NCBI GenBank assembly: GCA_963662545.2
Contig: CAXXLL010000002.1
Span: 2,176,001-2,240,000, forward strand
DNA length: 64,000 nt
Source: Gammaproteobacteria bacterium
Lineage (GTDB): Bacteria > Pseudomonadota > Gammaproteobacteria > Ga0077536
Reading direction: 5' to 3'
Below, one piece after another: positions 49,117 through 58,720 of this stretch. Both the position numbers and the translations under genes were made by a program. Positions within the stretch are counted from its first letter, which is position 1; every line of letters begins with the position of its first letter. The notes beneath the pieces are model-generated. The model saw only the letters and a program-made list of their open reading frames with translations. It did no database searches and was not told the DNA's origin.

Positions 49117-49965
49117 TCAATGGCACTTTTCTTTGATGCCGCGCTTCAACATGAAGTAATTGACGGGATAACCGGCCGCGTAGCCGGCGACTACCGCGAT
49201 GGCCATCGCGATCCAGAATTGCGTCGTGAAAATCGAACCGGCCGTCATGCCACCGACCAGATAGTCGACTGCGTTCATCGCGATCTCCATCGTGCCGATC
49301 GAGATGGACTCGCCCAGCCACACGAGCTTAAAGGCCGCCCCGACAGCCATCCCCTGGCGCAAGGTGAGTGGGATCAGGGTCAGGGAGAATCCACTGATGA
49401 AGGCGAGCGCGGTCGCGAAAAGTGCGATCGCCACAGGGGGCCAGCCGAGGGCGACACCGATCAACAGCCCAATGCTCTCACCGATCACACAACCGGTCAG
49501 GCAGTGCAGAGTTGCGGACGCGACGAGGCCGGTGCTGAAGACGGTCTTTGGGGATGGTACGTCGATGTGTTCTTCGGTCATCGTCATGTTTCGATCGCTC
49601 GGTTCTGCGGGAACGGCATCGCCCGCCTTGCGTAAAAGATTTAGTACCAAGGTACGGACGCGCGGGTCAATATAAACGGATTGTTCGTCGAATGCCCCTA
49701 ACAGTGCACGCAGGTCGACATCTCGCGAATCCTGGAACGTGGGCGTTGCGGGGTATTTCCCAGGGCGCGTACCGGAGTCGACCTTAGCGATTCGTACGCC
49801 CTCTGCCTCGCTCCATAAAAAAGCGTGTTCTTCTGCACCACTGGATACCGTCAATTGTAGCGAAGCGACCACGTCCGTTTCGCTGTCCCACACGAACAGG
49901 TCCAAGGCATCGCCCTGGAACCAACGGGCGCCGTCCGGCGTCTGCGTTTCGATTTCTCGCATCAT
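49117..49965 (-). CDS. DUF4396-domain membrane protein with an unrelated N-terminal domain
   Basis: C-half ATLHCLTGCVIGE...SIGTMEIAMN...GYPVNYFML.RG; N-half WF..DLFVW..LQL..EHAFLW..VDSG.RPGKYPATP. Confidence 0.7.
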   Translation of the reverse strand: MMREIETQTPDGARWFQGDALDLFVWDSETDVVASLQLTVSSGAEEHAFLWSEAEGVRIAKVDSGTRPGKYPATPTFQDSRDVDLRALLGAFDEQSVYIDPRVRTLVLNLLRKAGDAVPAEPSDRNMTMTEEHIDVPSPKTVFSTGLVASATLHCLTGCVIGESIGLLIGVALGWPPVAIALFATALAFISGFSLTLIPLTLRQGMAVGAAFKLVWLGESISIGTMEIAMNAVDYLVGGMTAGSIFTTQFWIAMAIAVVAGYAAGYPVNYFMLKRGIKEKCH

Positions 49966-49978
49966 CGCTCAGTGCGCG

Positions 49979-50326
49979 TCAATTGTCCCCGCTCCAAGCG
50001 CCGTAACCGCCTTTGAGCGACATGACCTGTTCAAAGCCCATGTCCTGCATCACTTTCGCCGCCAGCGCCGAGCGTCCCCCGCCCTGACAGTAGACGACGA
50101 CCGGAGCCGATCGATCCGCCAGCGCCGCCTCGGAACTCACTTTCCATTCGATGAGTCCGCGCGGGACCTGAAGAGCCCCCGTGATCGTGCCTTTGGCCCA
50201 TTCCGGCGATTCGCGTACGTCGACGAAGGTGACGGCAACGTCCAGCAGTTCCTTCGCTTTTGCAACATCGATCTCGGTGATCTCTGCCTTTGCTTGCTTA
50301 ACGATATCTTCAACCGTTTTTGCCAT
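49979..50326 (-). CDS. Single-domain rhodanese
   Basis: VDVRESPEW, PRGLIE, YCQGGGRSALAA, SLKGGYGAW. Confidence 0.92.
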   Translation of the reverse strand: MAKTVEDIVKQAKAEITEIDVAKAKELLDVAVTFVDVRESPEWAKGTITGALQVPRGLIEWKVSSEAALADRSAPVVVYCQGGGRSALAAKVMQDMGFEQVMSLKGGYGAWSGDN

Positions 50327-50366
50327 CAGTAATTCTCCCTCGTCTTAAATCTACCACCGAACCACC

Positions 50367-51063
50367 TCAATCCGTGCTCATCGCGAGCACGCGACTGACA
50401 GTGGTGAGATCACGGCCCGACTCTTCGCACCAGCTATTCACGGCCCGACTCTTCGCACCAGCTATTAAAGGCTTGCTGCACCGCTGCCATGTCGCGCTTG
50501 GCGGTCGGTGATTTCGTCACGATAGCTTCGGCAATGAGGACTTTCACGACATCGCGCGCCAGCACGAACGAATCCTTACCCATGCGACGCAAAAAATACT
50601 GCGCCGAGCTACCGCCCATACGGCTCGCGCGTTTTTTCAAGACCTCGAGGAGGCCGACGTAATCGTGCGATGGGTGGGTGGCGAAAAACTTCGCCGCGCT
50701 GCCGTGTTCCGCCGCAAGATCGAGCATGAAGGTTGCGTTTTCGCGCGTTGACAGGATCTTTTTGTGGTGCCGTATGATCGCCGGATCCATTACCAGGCGC
50801 TCGATGTCTTCATCCGAAAGGTAGGCGACTGCGTGGGGATCGAAGCCTTTGAATACGCGTTCAAAATCGGGCCATTTGTTCTCAACTACGCGCCACACGA
50901 AGCCCGCCTGAAAAACGCCCTTCGTCATTTCCGCCAACCAGCGATCGTCCGTTATCCGCGCGAGTACCGCTTTAGATTTAGGCTTGGGGATCTGCGCTTC
51001 AAGAGCTTTCACACCGCCCTTGCGCGCCGCAGCACGGTCATATAGTTCGGCAAAACTACGCAT
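50367..51063 (-). CDS. DNA-3-methyladenine glycosylase I (Tag) family protein; 3' end disrupted by a 28-bp duplication
   Basis: VFQAGFVWRVVENKWPDF..F.GFDP, IIRHHKKI. The natural end ...GRDLTTVSRVLAMSTD* (stop 50367-50369) is restored by removing one copy of the 50411-50466 duplication. Confidence 0.8.
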
Positions 51064-51083
51064 GGCTTACGATTCGAATCGCT

Positions 51084-51821
51084 TCAACGATGGAGCCCAC
51101 CGTCGATGACGAACTCACTGTTGGTGCAATACGCGCTTTCGTCGGATGCGAGAAACAAAACCAGGTTCGCCACCTCGTCCGGTTCGGCGGTACGTCCCAG
51201 CGGGATCAAGCGCTTGATGCGGTCGAGTTTGCCAGCGATGACGGCTGGCGTCTGCTGCATCATGTCGGTCTCGATGAATCCCGGATGCACTGAGTTAACG
51301 CGCACGCCGTGGCGGCCGAGTTCCTGGGCGGCGTATTTTGTCATGCCGCGCACCGCCCACTTACTCGCTCCGTAAGCGAACGCGGCGGCACTACCCTCCA
51401 TGCCGCCCAACGACGAGATATTGATGATGGAACCGCGCCCGGCCGCGCACATGTGTGCGGCGACAGCCTTCATGCCGAGAAAGACGCCCGTTTGGTTGAC
51501 GGCGATGACGCGCTCGTAAACGTGGAGCGCAGTTTCTGTCATACGTGCGATGTTGAAGATGCCGGCGTTGTTGACGAGGACATCGATCTGTTCATGCGCC
51601 GCCATCACGGCAGCGACGACTGTATTCCAATCCGTCTCACTCGCGACGTCGTGGGTCATGAAGGTCGCGCCTGTCTCTTGCGCGAGTTCGCGCCCTTCAT
51701 CCTCGAGTACATCGGTAGCGAACACGGTCGCACCCTCATTAATGAACAAGCGTGCTTCGACCGCGCCCTGGCCCTTGGCGCCGCCCGTAATCAACGCGAC
51801 CTTGCCTTCGAGTCGACCCAC
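51084..51821 (-). CDS. SDR (3-alpha,20-beta-hydroxysteroid dehydrogenase-like)
   Basis: TGGAKGQG, NNAG, YGASKWAVRGMTK, VNSVHPG. GTG start just after the upstream stop. Confidence 0.9.
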   Translation of the reverse strand: MGRLEGKVALITGGAKGQGAVEARLFINEGATVFATDVLEDEGRELAQETGATFMTHDVASETDWNTVVAAVMAAHEQIDVLVNNAGIFNIARMTETALHVYERVIAVNQTGVFLGMKAVAAHMCAAGRGSIINISSLGGMEGSAAAFAYGASKWAVRGMTKYAAQELGRHGVRVNSVHPGFIETDMMQQTPAVIAGKLDRIKRLIPLGRTAEPDEVANLVLFLASDESAYCTNSEFVIDGGLHR

Positions 51822-51822
51822 C

Positions 51823-52608
51823 TCAGGCATCCAGAAATGCCAGCACGCGTTCGGCCACCGCATCGGGTTGGTCGAGTTCGGCGAGGTGCCCCGCGCCTGC
51901 GATCTCGTCGATCGTGGCCGCACCGGGTACGCCCCGCGCGAAGCGGTCCAGATAAGACGCCGGCATAACCCGGTCCTCCGATCCACGCAGCAGGAGCACC
52001 GGACACTCGATGCGCCCCAGGCGCTTGGCGAGCCCCGTATTGCCGTTTGGAAAGAGATAACGCGCGTGCGCTGCGAGTGCCCGCATTTGTTCGACCTTCC
52101 ATTCCATCGGATCGGCATCGTCCGGCTGCTCGATGAACGCTTTATAGATCTCGCGATCGGCACACATCAAATCGCTCAAATGACCGGGCCGCTGCGCCCA
52201 AATGTCGGCGCTCGGATCGACAGCGTCGAACAGACCGAACGGCGCCAGCAAAACCAACCGGCGCACCAGTCCCGGCCACACACCGGCCGCATCGGCCGCG
52301 AGCGCGCCCGACACGGAGACCGCCATCAAGTCGGCCCCCTCGAGACCGGCGGCGAGGAGTACGTCGCGTGTCGCGAGCAGCCAATCGAAGATCGTATCGA
52401 GCTCGTCGTGTCCCGCAGCACCGGGGAATCCAGGCAGCGATGGTGCGATCACCGTGCGCTGTTCCGCCATTCGATCGAGAAACGCCGTCCACTTTGGAAG
52501 ACCGCCGACACCCGGCAGGAACCCGAGCGGCTCGCCCGCACCCTTGCGCCACACCCGGCTGTCATGTCCGTTCACGCGGACCGTGTCCGCTTGGAGCGCT
52601 GCGGTCAT
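51823..52608 (-). CDS. Alpha/beta hydrolase fold protein
   Basis: PSLPGF, AVSVSG nucleophile elbow, GSEDRV, GAGHLA; ATGA-coupled to the upstream LLM gene. Confidence 0.85.
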   Translation of the reverse strand: MTAALQADTVRVNGHDSRVWRKGAGEPLGFLPGVGGLPKWTAFLDRMAEQRTVIAPSLPGFPGAAGHDELDTIFDWLLATRDVLLAAGLEGADLMAVSVSGALAADAAGVWPGLVRRLVLLAPFGLFDAVDPSADIWAQRPGHLSDLMCADREIYKAFIEQPDDADPMEWKVEQMRALAAHARYLFPNGNTGLAKRLGRIECPVLLLRGSEDRVMPASYLDRFARGVPGAATIDEIAGAGHLAELDQPDAVAERVLAFLDA

Positions 52609-53861
52609 GCAGCAGCCTCCACGCCCGCCCTGCCGGACGCCGCCATCGGCTTGATCCACCAATGATCTTCCCACTGATCATCGAACAGGTCGCGGATCTG
52701 CGGGATCACCTTTTCGGCAAAGAGACCGGTGTTGTACTTCACGAGATCCTTGCCCATGTTACCGAACTGCATCAGAAGCATCAGGTGGCCAACGCCGAGG
52801 TCCAACGCGATCTCGCGTAATTTTTCTGCCACTTCGTCCGGGCTGCCTACGATCACATAGCCGTTGTCCACGATGCCTTCGAAATCGGTCGCGCTCTGCC
52901 GGATCGAAGGGCCCCCGCCCGCCGACACTTTCGCGGCGAGCTGCATCTGGCTTTCGACACGCGCGCGGATGGTGGCCTCGGTCATGTACCCGGGTGGCAC
53001 GACCCAGCGCGGATCGACGTGCAGGGAACGGCCGTAGAAATACTCGGCGGGCTCGCGGTAGAGCTTCATCGCCTCCGCGCGTGTCTCAGCAACGCCCACG
53101 AATTGGAGGAAACCGGCGCGATAGGGATTGCTGTCCTTGCCCAGGCGCTCCATCTCCGCCCAGTAGCCGTGCATCTGTTCACGCGCGAGCTTGTAGCCGA
53201 AATAGGACAGAAAGCAGTAGACATAATCGTTCTCGGCACAATAGTGCCAGGTTTCGACCGAGCCGCCGCCCGGGATCCAAACGGGCGGATGCGGGACCTG
53301 GACGGGGCGCGGCCAGATATTGACGTAGCGCTGCTGGTTGAAACGCCCGTCGTAGCTGAAAACGGCGTCCGCCGTCCACGCCCGCAGAATGAAATCGACC
53401 GCTTCAAAATACCGCTGGCGCAGCATGCTCGGGTTCTGTCCATAGGCGAAGCAGGTGTCTTGGGGGCTGCCGACCGGAAAGCCGGCGATCACTCGCCCGC
53501 CGGAGATGCAGTCGATCATCGCCATTTCCTCGGCCACCCGGGTCGGTGGATTGTAGAGCGCGATGGAGTTCCCCAAAATGCAGAGCGCCGCGTCCCGTGT
53601 GCTGCGGGCGAGCGCCATCGCGATCAGATTCGGCGACGGCATCAGACCGTAGCCATTGGAGTGATGTTCGTTGACGCAGACGGCGTCGAATCCCACTTCG
53701 GCTGCGTATTCGAGTTCGTCGATGAACTCGTTGTACATGTGGTGGCCGCGCGCCGGGTCGAACAAGCCCGGGTCGATATCGATCCACACAGAGGAATTTT
53801 TCTCCTGAAAATCCTCCGGGAGTTCCGTGTACGGCATGAGGTGGAACCACATCAGTTTCAT
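52605..53861 (-). CDS. LLM-class flavin-dependent monooxygenase
   Basis: GFDAVCVNEHH, MPSPNL, PTRVAEEMAMID, NIWPRPVQVPHPPVW. Confidence 0.92.
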   Translation of the reverse strand: MKLMWFHLMPYTELPEDFQEKNSSVWIDIDPGLFDPARGHHMYNEFIDELEYAAEVGFDAVCVNEHHSNGYGLMPSPNLIAMALARSTRDAALCILGNSIALYNPPTRVAEEMAMIDCISGGRVIAGFPVGSPQDTCFAYGQNPSMLRQRYFEAVDFILRAWTADAVFSYDGRFNQQRYVNIWPRPVQVPHPPVWIPGGGSVETWHYCAENDYVYCFLSYFGYKLAREQMHGYWAEMERLGKDSNPYRAGFLQFVGVAETRAEAMKLYREPAEYFYGRSLHVDPRWVVPPGYMTEATIRARVESQMQLAAKVSAGGGPSIRQSATDFEGIVDNGYVIVGSPDEVAEKLREIALDLGVGHLMLLMQFGNMGKDLVKYNTGLFAEKVIPQIRDLFDDQWEDHWWIKPMAASGRAGVEAAA

Positions 53862-54148
53862 CGGTTTACTCCGTTACAAAACCCAGTGTGCTGCCCCTTA
53901 GTGATCGTCATACGACTCACGCAGGGCTCGTGCCGCGATACCAGGCGCTAGCGGGCTTTGTATCGGCGGCACGGCCAGGGTCGCAAAGCCTTTGCGCGGC
54001 GCGGGGAACCCCGAATTATGAAGGTTTATTGCGGGACAGCATACCCGGAGAATGACCGTGACCAGCCGCGTGCGGCGCGTTTTAGACCTTCGTTCTGAAC
54101 CCTCGTCTTGACAAATCATGATATGTCATGACAATGGTCTTCATGGCG

Positions 54149-54355
54149 ATGATCAAGATCAGTTCGAAGGTAGACGAGGGGACCTGGCGCGCATTGCAGG
54201 CCTTGGCGCGGGACACGCATCAGAGCATTTCGGGGCTGCTGACCGAAGCGGTGCAGTTGTATTTGCAGAACCGCGCCGTGCGGCCGGCGGTGATGGTCCG
54301 ACTCGAAGCCTCGATCAACGACAATGCGGAACTCGGGCACCTCCTCGCCCGTTGA
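54149..54355 (+). CDS. Putative ribbon-helix-helix antitoxin
   Basis: MIKISSKVDEGTWRALQALA...SISGLLTEAV; small gene overlapping a doc-like gene. Confidence 0.7.
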   Translation: MIKISSKVDEGTWRALQALARDTHQSISGLLTEAVQLYLQNRAVRPAVMVRLEASINDNAELGHLLAR

Positions 54356-54737
54356 GCCGGTTCGCCACCTCTCGGTGGAGGAAGTCGTCGCGATTCACGC
54401 GCGCATGCTCGACCGCTTTGGCGGAACGCCGGGGCTCGGCGATCCCGGCCTCCTGGAAAGCGCCCTCTTCCGCCCGCAAACGGGTCACTACGGAGATGTG
54501 GTCACGATGGGCGCGGCGCTGTTGGAATCCCTGCTCATCAACCGGCCGTTCGACGACGGTAATACCCGTACGGCGTTTTTCGCCGTCGACGTTTTCCTGC
54601 GCATGAACGGCCAGCAGATCCGTGCCGACGCTCAAGATGCCCATCGATCGCTCGTCGAGCTTATAGAAGGGCAGAGCGCCGACTTAAAGCGTCTCGAACC
54701 CTGGTTGCGACAGTACACGGTGAAAATGCACCGATGA
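54324..54737 (+). CDS. Doc/Fic family protein with a degenerate catalytic motif
   Basis: LSVEEVVAIH..FGG..GL.DPGLLESAL.RPQTG.Y and NRPFDDGNTRTA..VFLRMNG; exact start uncertain. Confidence 0.85.
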   Translation: MRNSGTSSPVEPVRHLSVEEVVAIHARMLDRFGGTPGLGDPGLLESALFRPQTGHYGDVVTMGAALLESLLINRPFDDGNTRTAFFAVDVFLRMNGQQIRADAQDAHRSLVELIEGQSADLKRLEPWLRQYTVKMHR

Positions 54738-54813
54738 CGGCGGGGATAACGACCATTCGCCCGCAAGCGGGCGAACAAAGCGCTGAGCGTCGCTCAACAC
54801 ATCACCTCACCGC

Positions 54814-56016
54814 TCACCGATCGCCCGACGCCAGCAGACCCGCCTCGACCTGCGCGGCCACTGTAGCCTGGTCCCAACCCAGAACCTCCTCCAGGACGGC
54901 CTCATTGTGTTGTCCGAGAAGCGGCGCAACGCCGGCTGAATAATCCTGCTGCGAGGAGAACCTCAGGGGAAAGCCCGGCAATTTCATCTCGCCCAGAACG
55001 GGGTCGGTGACCGTGCGAATGGTGCCCCGCCCTTCGAAGTATTCGTGCCCCAGGGCGTCCAGCGGACTCAACACGGGCGCGCTAGGCACGCGGTTTTCCT
55101 CCAGTACATCAAGCGCGGCCTGGTCGTTCGGAAAGGTCTGCAACCAGGCCTCGACGAGGGGAATGAGTTCATTTTGATTTTTGGCACGGGATTCGAGCGA
55201 ATCGAAACGCGGGTCGTTTTCCAGCTCGGGCTGGCCGAGCGCCTTGCACATGCCGGCCCACTGCCCCGGCGTGACCAGGATGGCCACATAACCCTGATGA
55301 GCCTTGAACACGCCACAGGGACACAACAGCGTGTGGTGCCGCCCCATACGTTTCGGCACAAATTCGCCGTCGGTCAGTTGGTGAACCTGAAGATTGACTT
55401 CATGGAGGTGAAAGAGCGAATCGATCATCGAAATGTCCATGTACTGCCCTTCACCCGTCCGTTCGCGGTGAAAGAGTGCATACCCGATGGACGCGAATGC
55501 ATGCACGCCGGTCGAGATATCCGCCATGCCGACGCCGACCGGGTGCGGCGGACCGTCGGCGGGCCCAGTCATGTGCATGATGCCGGCGAAGGCTTGGGCG
55601 ATCCAATCGAAGCCCGTCTTGTGCGCTAGCGGGCCGGTGCGGCCGAACGCGGACACCGACGCCATGATCAGTTTCGCATTGATCTTCAACAGCGAGTCGA
55701 AATCCCAGCCGCGCCGCTGCATGACGCCTGGACCGAAGTTCTCGACGACCACGTCGACTTGCTCGACTAGGTCGTGAATGAGCGCATCGGCGTCGCCGTG
55801 ATTTAGATCGACGCAAAGGCTCCGCTTGCCGAGATTCTGCTGTACGAAGTAGCCGCTGCGTCCGTCCTTGATCGCGGGCAGCAGCCGCGCCGGATCTCCG
55901 AGCGGTGCGCGTTCGATCTTGATGATGTCGGCGCCCATCTCAGCCATCAGCCGGGTGACCGTCGGACCGGCCAGGTATTGGGTGAAATCCAGGACACGAA
56001 TTCCTTTGAGTATCAT
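54814..56016 (-). CDS. Family III CoA-transferase (CaiB/BaiF)
   Basis: GIRVLDFTQYLAGP, GADIIKIE..GDP.R, VVENFGPG, GFDWIAQAFAG. Confidence 0.94.
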   Translation of the reverse strand: MILKGIRVLDFTQYLAGPTVTRLMAEMGADIIKIERAPLGDPARLLPAIKDGRSGYFVQQNLGKRSLCVDLNHGDADALIHDLVEQVDVVVENFGPGVMQRRGWDFDSLLKINAKLIMASVSAFGRTGPLAHKTGFDWIAQAFAGIMHMTGPADGPPHPVGVGMADISTGVHAFASIGYALFHRERTGEGQYMDISMIDSLFHLHEVNLQVHQLTDGEFVPKRMGRHHTLLCPCGVFKAHQGYVAILVTPGQWAGMCKALGQPELENDPRFDSLESRAKNQNELIPLVEAWLQTFPNDQAALDVLEENRVPSAPVLSPLDALGHEYFEGRGTIRTVTDPVLGEMKLPGFPLRFSSQQDYSAGVAPLLGQHNEAVLEEVLGWDQATVAAQVEAGLLASGDR

Positions 56017-56166
56017 GTTGCGGACCCTATACGATTCTTAACAGTAGACAATTATTCACCGTTTACCGTCTACGGAGCCAGGGGTGTTCTGAAATTTCTG
56101 ATACGCATCACGGGGAATCGTGATATATGGTTTTCAGTGCGACGGGTTTCGGAGGTCGAGATTGCC

Positions 56167-56637
56167 GTGGACACACTCAATCATATTCTGCTGGCTACGG
56201 ATGGCTCGGATCACGCTTTGCATGCCGCGCGGTTCGCCGGCATGCTGTCCCGCTCTACCGGCACGGACGTGACGATAGTATCGGTGCACAACGACGATGC
56301 CGTGATGCTCAATGCCATGGGCCCGGCGATCTGGCCGGCGACCGTAGCTTATTCGTCAATGACGGTTGAAGAGATCCGTAATACCGTCGAAGAAAACGCG
56401 GCGCAAACCATCCTGCCCGCAACCGAAAAGGCCTGCGGCGACGGCGCGAAGATCAAGGACAAGGTGCAGCTCTGGGGGCAGGTGGCGGAAAAGATCTGCG
56501 AATATGCCGACGATAATCAGGTCGATCTGATCGTCCTTGGTACGCGCGGTCAATCGACCTTTTCCAAGCTCCTGCTCGGCAGCGTCAGCACGCAGGTCAC
56601 CAATCACGCCCACTGCCCCGTCACGCTCGTTCGCTGA
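56167..56637 (+). CDS. Universal stress protein
   Basis: HILLATDGS, DLIVLGTRG...LLGSVSTQV...CPVTLVR. GGAGG upstream of GTG 56167. Confidence 0.92.
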   Translation: MDTLNHILLATDGSDHALHAARFAGMLSRSTGTDVTIVSVHNDDAVMLNAMGPAIWPATVAYSSMTVEEIRNTVEENAAQTILPATEKACGDGAKIKDKVQLWGQVAEKICEYADDNQVDLIVLGTRGQSTFSKLLLGSVSTQVTNHAHCPVTLVR

Positions 56638-56680
56638 CGGCGTTCCGGCGGGGAGACGCCGCCGCACACGGGACCTCGGG

Positions 56681-58108
56681 TCAAATCTTCGGCCGCGTAC
56701 CGCGCCAGGGTCGTGCTTTCTCGAACGCCGCAGCGATTTGAAAAACCGTCGGGTCATCAAAGGTACGCCCGACGATCTGCATACCGGTCGGCATGCGGTC
56801 GTCACCGAAACCGCTTGGTACGCTCATCACCGGGCACCAGGCCATGCTGTTGAAACACCAGGTCATCGCCCAGCCGACGTAGTTGCTGACCAGTTGACCG
56901 TTGATCCTGAGGTCGGTGCCCATGTCGTCGTGCTCGACCGGCAGGCTCGAGATCGCGAGGGTCGGACAGATCAAGGCGTCATACTTCTCGAGAATCGGCC
57001 CCAGCGTCTGCCACTGCTCATAACGCCCGGCGTTCGTGTTGTAGAAGCGATCGGCGCTGTGATGGAGACCGTTTTCCGCAATCTGTGCGCACCATGGCGT
57101 CATTTCGTATTTCCAGCGCGGCAGCAGGTCACCGACCAGGCCGCCGAAGGCACCCTCCCATCGCGTCATCCAAGTGTCGAGCGCACCCCAGTTCCAGCCG
57201 ACGTCGACCTCTACGACTTTCGCGCCGAGCCGTTTCAGCGTGCTGGCCGCCGCGCGGAGGTTCTTCTCGACGTCCGGCGCGACCTCGAAGAAACCGAGAT
57301 CGACTGACAGGGCGATCTTCAAACCGCGGATCGATTCGAAGGTCTCCGGCAGCACCTGTTTTTCGCGGAGCGAACACATATCGACGACGTGCTGCCCCGA
57401 CATCACGTTTTGCATGAGCGCCGCATCGCCGACGCTGCGTACGATGGGCCCGTAATGCAGGAGATTTTCGAGCGGGTGCTCGCGGTCCATGGGATTGCGC
57501 CCGAACGGCGGTTTATAGCCGACGCAACCCGCGAAACTCGCGGGGATGCGACATGAGCCACCGCCATCCGTGCCATCGGCAATCGTGGTCAGGCCGCCGG
57601 CGATAGAGGCGCTCGCCCCGCCCGAAGAACCACCGGGCGTGCACTTCGTGTTCCAGGGATTACGGGTAATCCCCCACAACGGGCTCTTGGTGACACCGGA
57701 ATGGGCAAATTCCGGGGTCGTCGTCCGGGCGAAGAGGATTGCGCCCGCTTTCAGCAACCGCTCGACCGTGGGCGCGGTATTATCCGGGCGGTTATTTTCG
57801 AACGCCTTGGACCCGTAGGTCGTGATCTCGCCCTTGACCGAATGGAAATCCTTGATGGAAACGGGAATCCCTTCGAGCGGACGTACACGTGCGCCTTTTG
57901 ATTTCTTGTATTTCGCTTCCGCCTGGCGCGCTTCTTTCAAAGCCCGGTCAAAAAATGTGTAGGTGGTCGCGTTGAGCTTTTCCCCGATTTCCGTATTTCT
58001 CTGGATCAGCGCTTTGCACAAAGCGACCGGCGACAATTCGCGGGATTTAAATTTCGAGAGTGCCTCGGTTGCGCTTAGGTAACAAAGCTCCAGATCGGCC
58101 TTCTTCAT
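56681..58108 (-). CDS. Amidase signature family enzyme
   Basis: PLEGIPVSIKD, PGGSSGG, GTDGGGSCRIPA. Confidence 0.93.
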   Translation of the reverse strand: MKKADLELCYLSATEALSKFKSRELSPVALCKALIQRNTEIGEKLNATTYTFFDRALKEARQAEAKYKKSKGARVRPLEGIPVSIKDFHSVKGEITTYGSKAFENNRPDNTAPTVERLLKAGAILFARTTTPEFAHSGVTKSPLWGITRNPWNTKCTPGGSSGGASASIAGGLTTIADGTDGGGSCRIPASFAGCVGYKPPFGRNPMDREHPLENLLHYGPIVRSVGDAALMQNVMSGQHVVDMCSLREKQVLPETFESIRGLKIALSVDLGFFEVAPDVEKNLRAAASTLKRLGAKVVEVDVGWNWGALDTWMTRWEGAFGGLVGDLLPRWKYEMTPWCAQIAENGLHHSADRFYNTNAGRYEQWQTLGPILEKYDALICPTLAISSLPVEHDDMGTDLRINGQLVSNYVGWAMTWCFNSMAWCPVMSVPSGFGDDRMPTGMQIVGRTFDDPTVFQIAAAFEKARPWRGTRPKI

Positions 58109-58720
58109 ATCAGTCCCCCTTCGATTCGGCTTGATTGGCGTTATTCACGGGCACCGAATCGTAACGACAGTATATGACACCGAGGCGCACCACCGCCTGC
58201 CTCGAGACCCCCTCGGATGCACCCGCCGATGGGGATGTAAATGCCGTTTGCATCCGGTCCGGATGAATGTCTAGCGGCCTCGGCAGTACGCATCCGCCAA
58301 TCGCCCCCAGAAACGGTCGTTTCCAAGATATTTAATTTAGATTAATTATATGATTTAACAATTTAATTAATATAGTTATTTATCTCTTTTATTTTACCAG
58401 TAATTACGAGTACTCATTTTGAATAATCTCTAGTATTCAATGGCTTGAATTTACACTCAGCATTATCTAATATTAAGCTAATTTTATATATATAATACAT
58501 ATATTTATAAAAGTTATTTAATGTTATTTATATGATTTGCGTATGGGCTCACGGCACCCCCTGGATGACCTTCAGGGCACCCAATGCCCTGTCGGTCAGC
58601 CCTGGGTGGCGACCACCGGAGAGTCCGCCGGCTCAAGTCTTGAGTACAGGGCTGGATCGGCGTGGCGGCATCACCACATAGCTTTGAGACGGGTTTGAAA
58701 AACAGGTTCCGCGTGTTCGT

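Noticed and set aside
51822-52163. Long N-terminal extension of the SDR ORF
   Set aside because: Overlaps the alpha/beta hydrolase; the SDR fold starts at about 51821.
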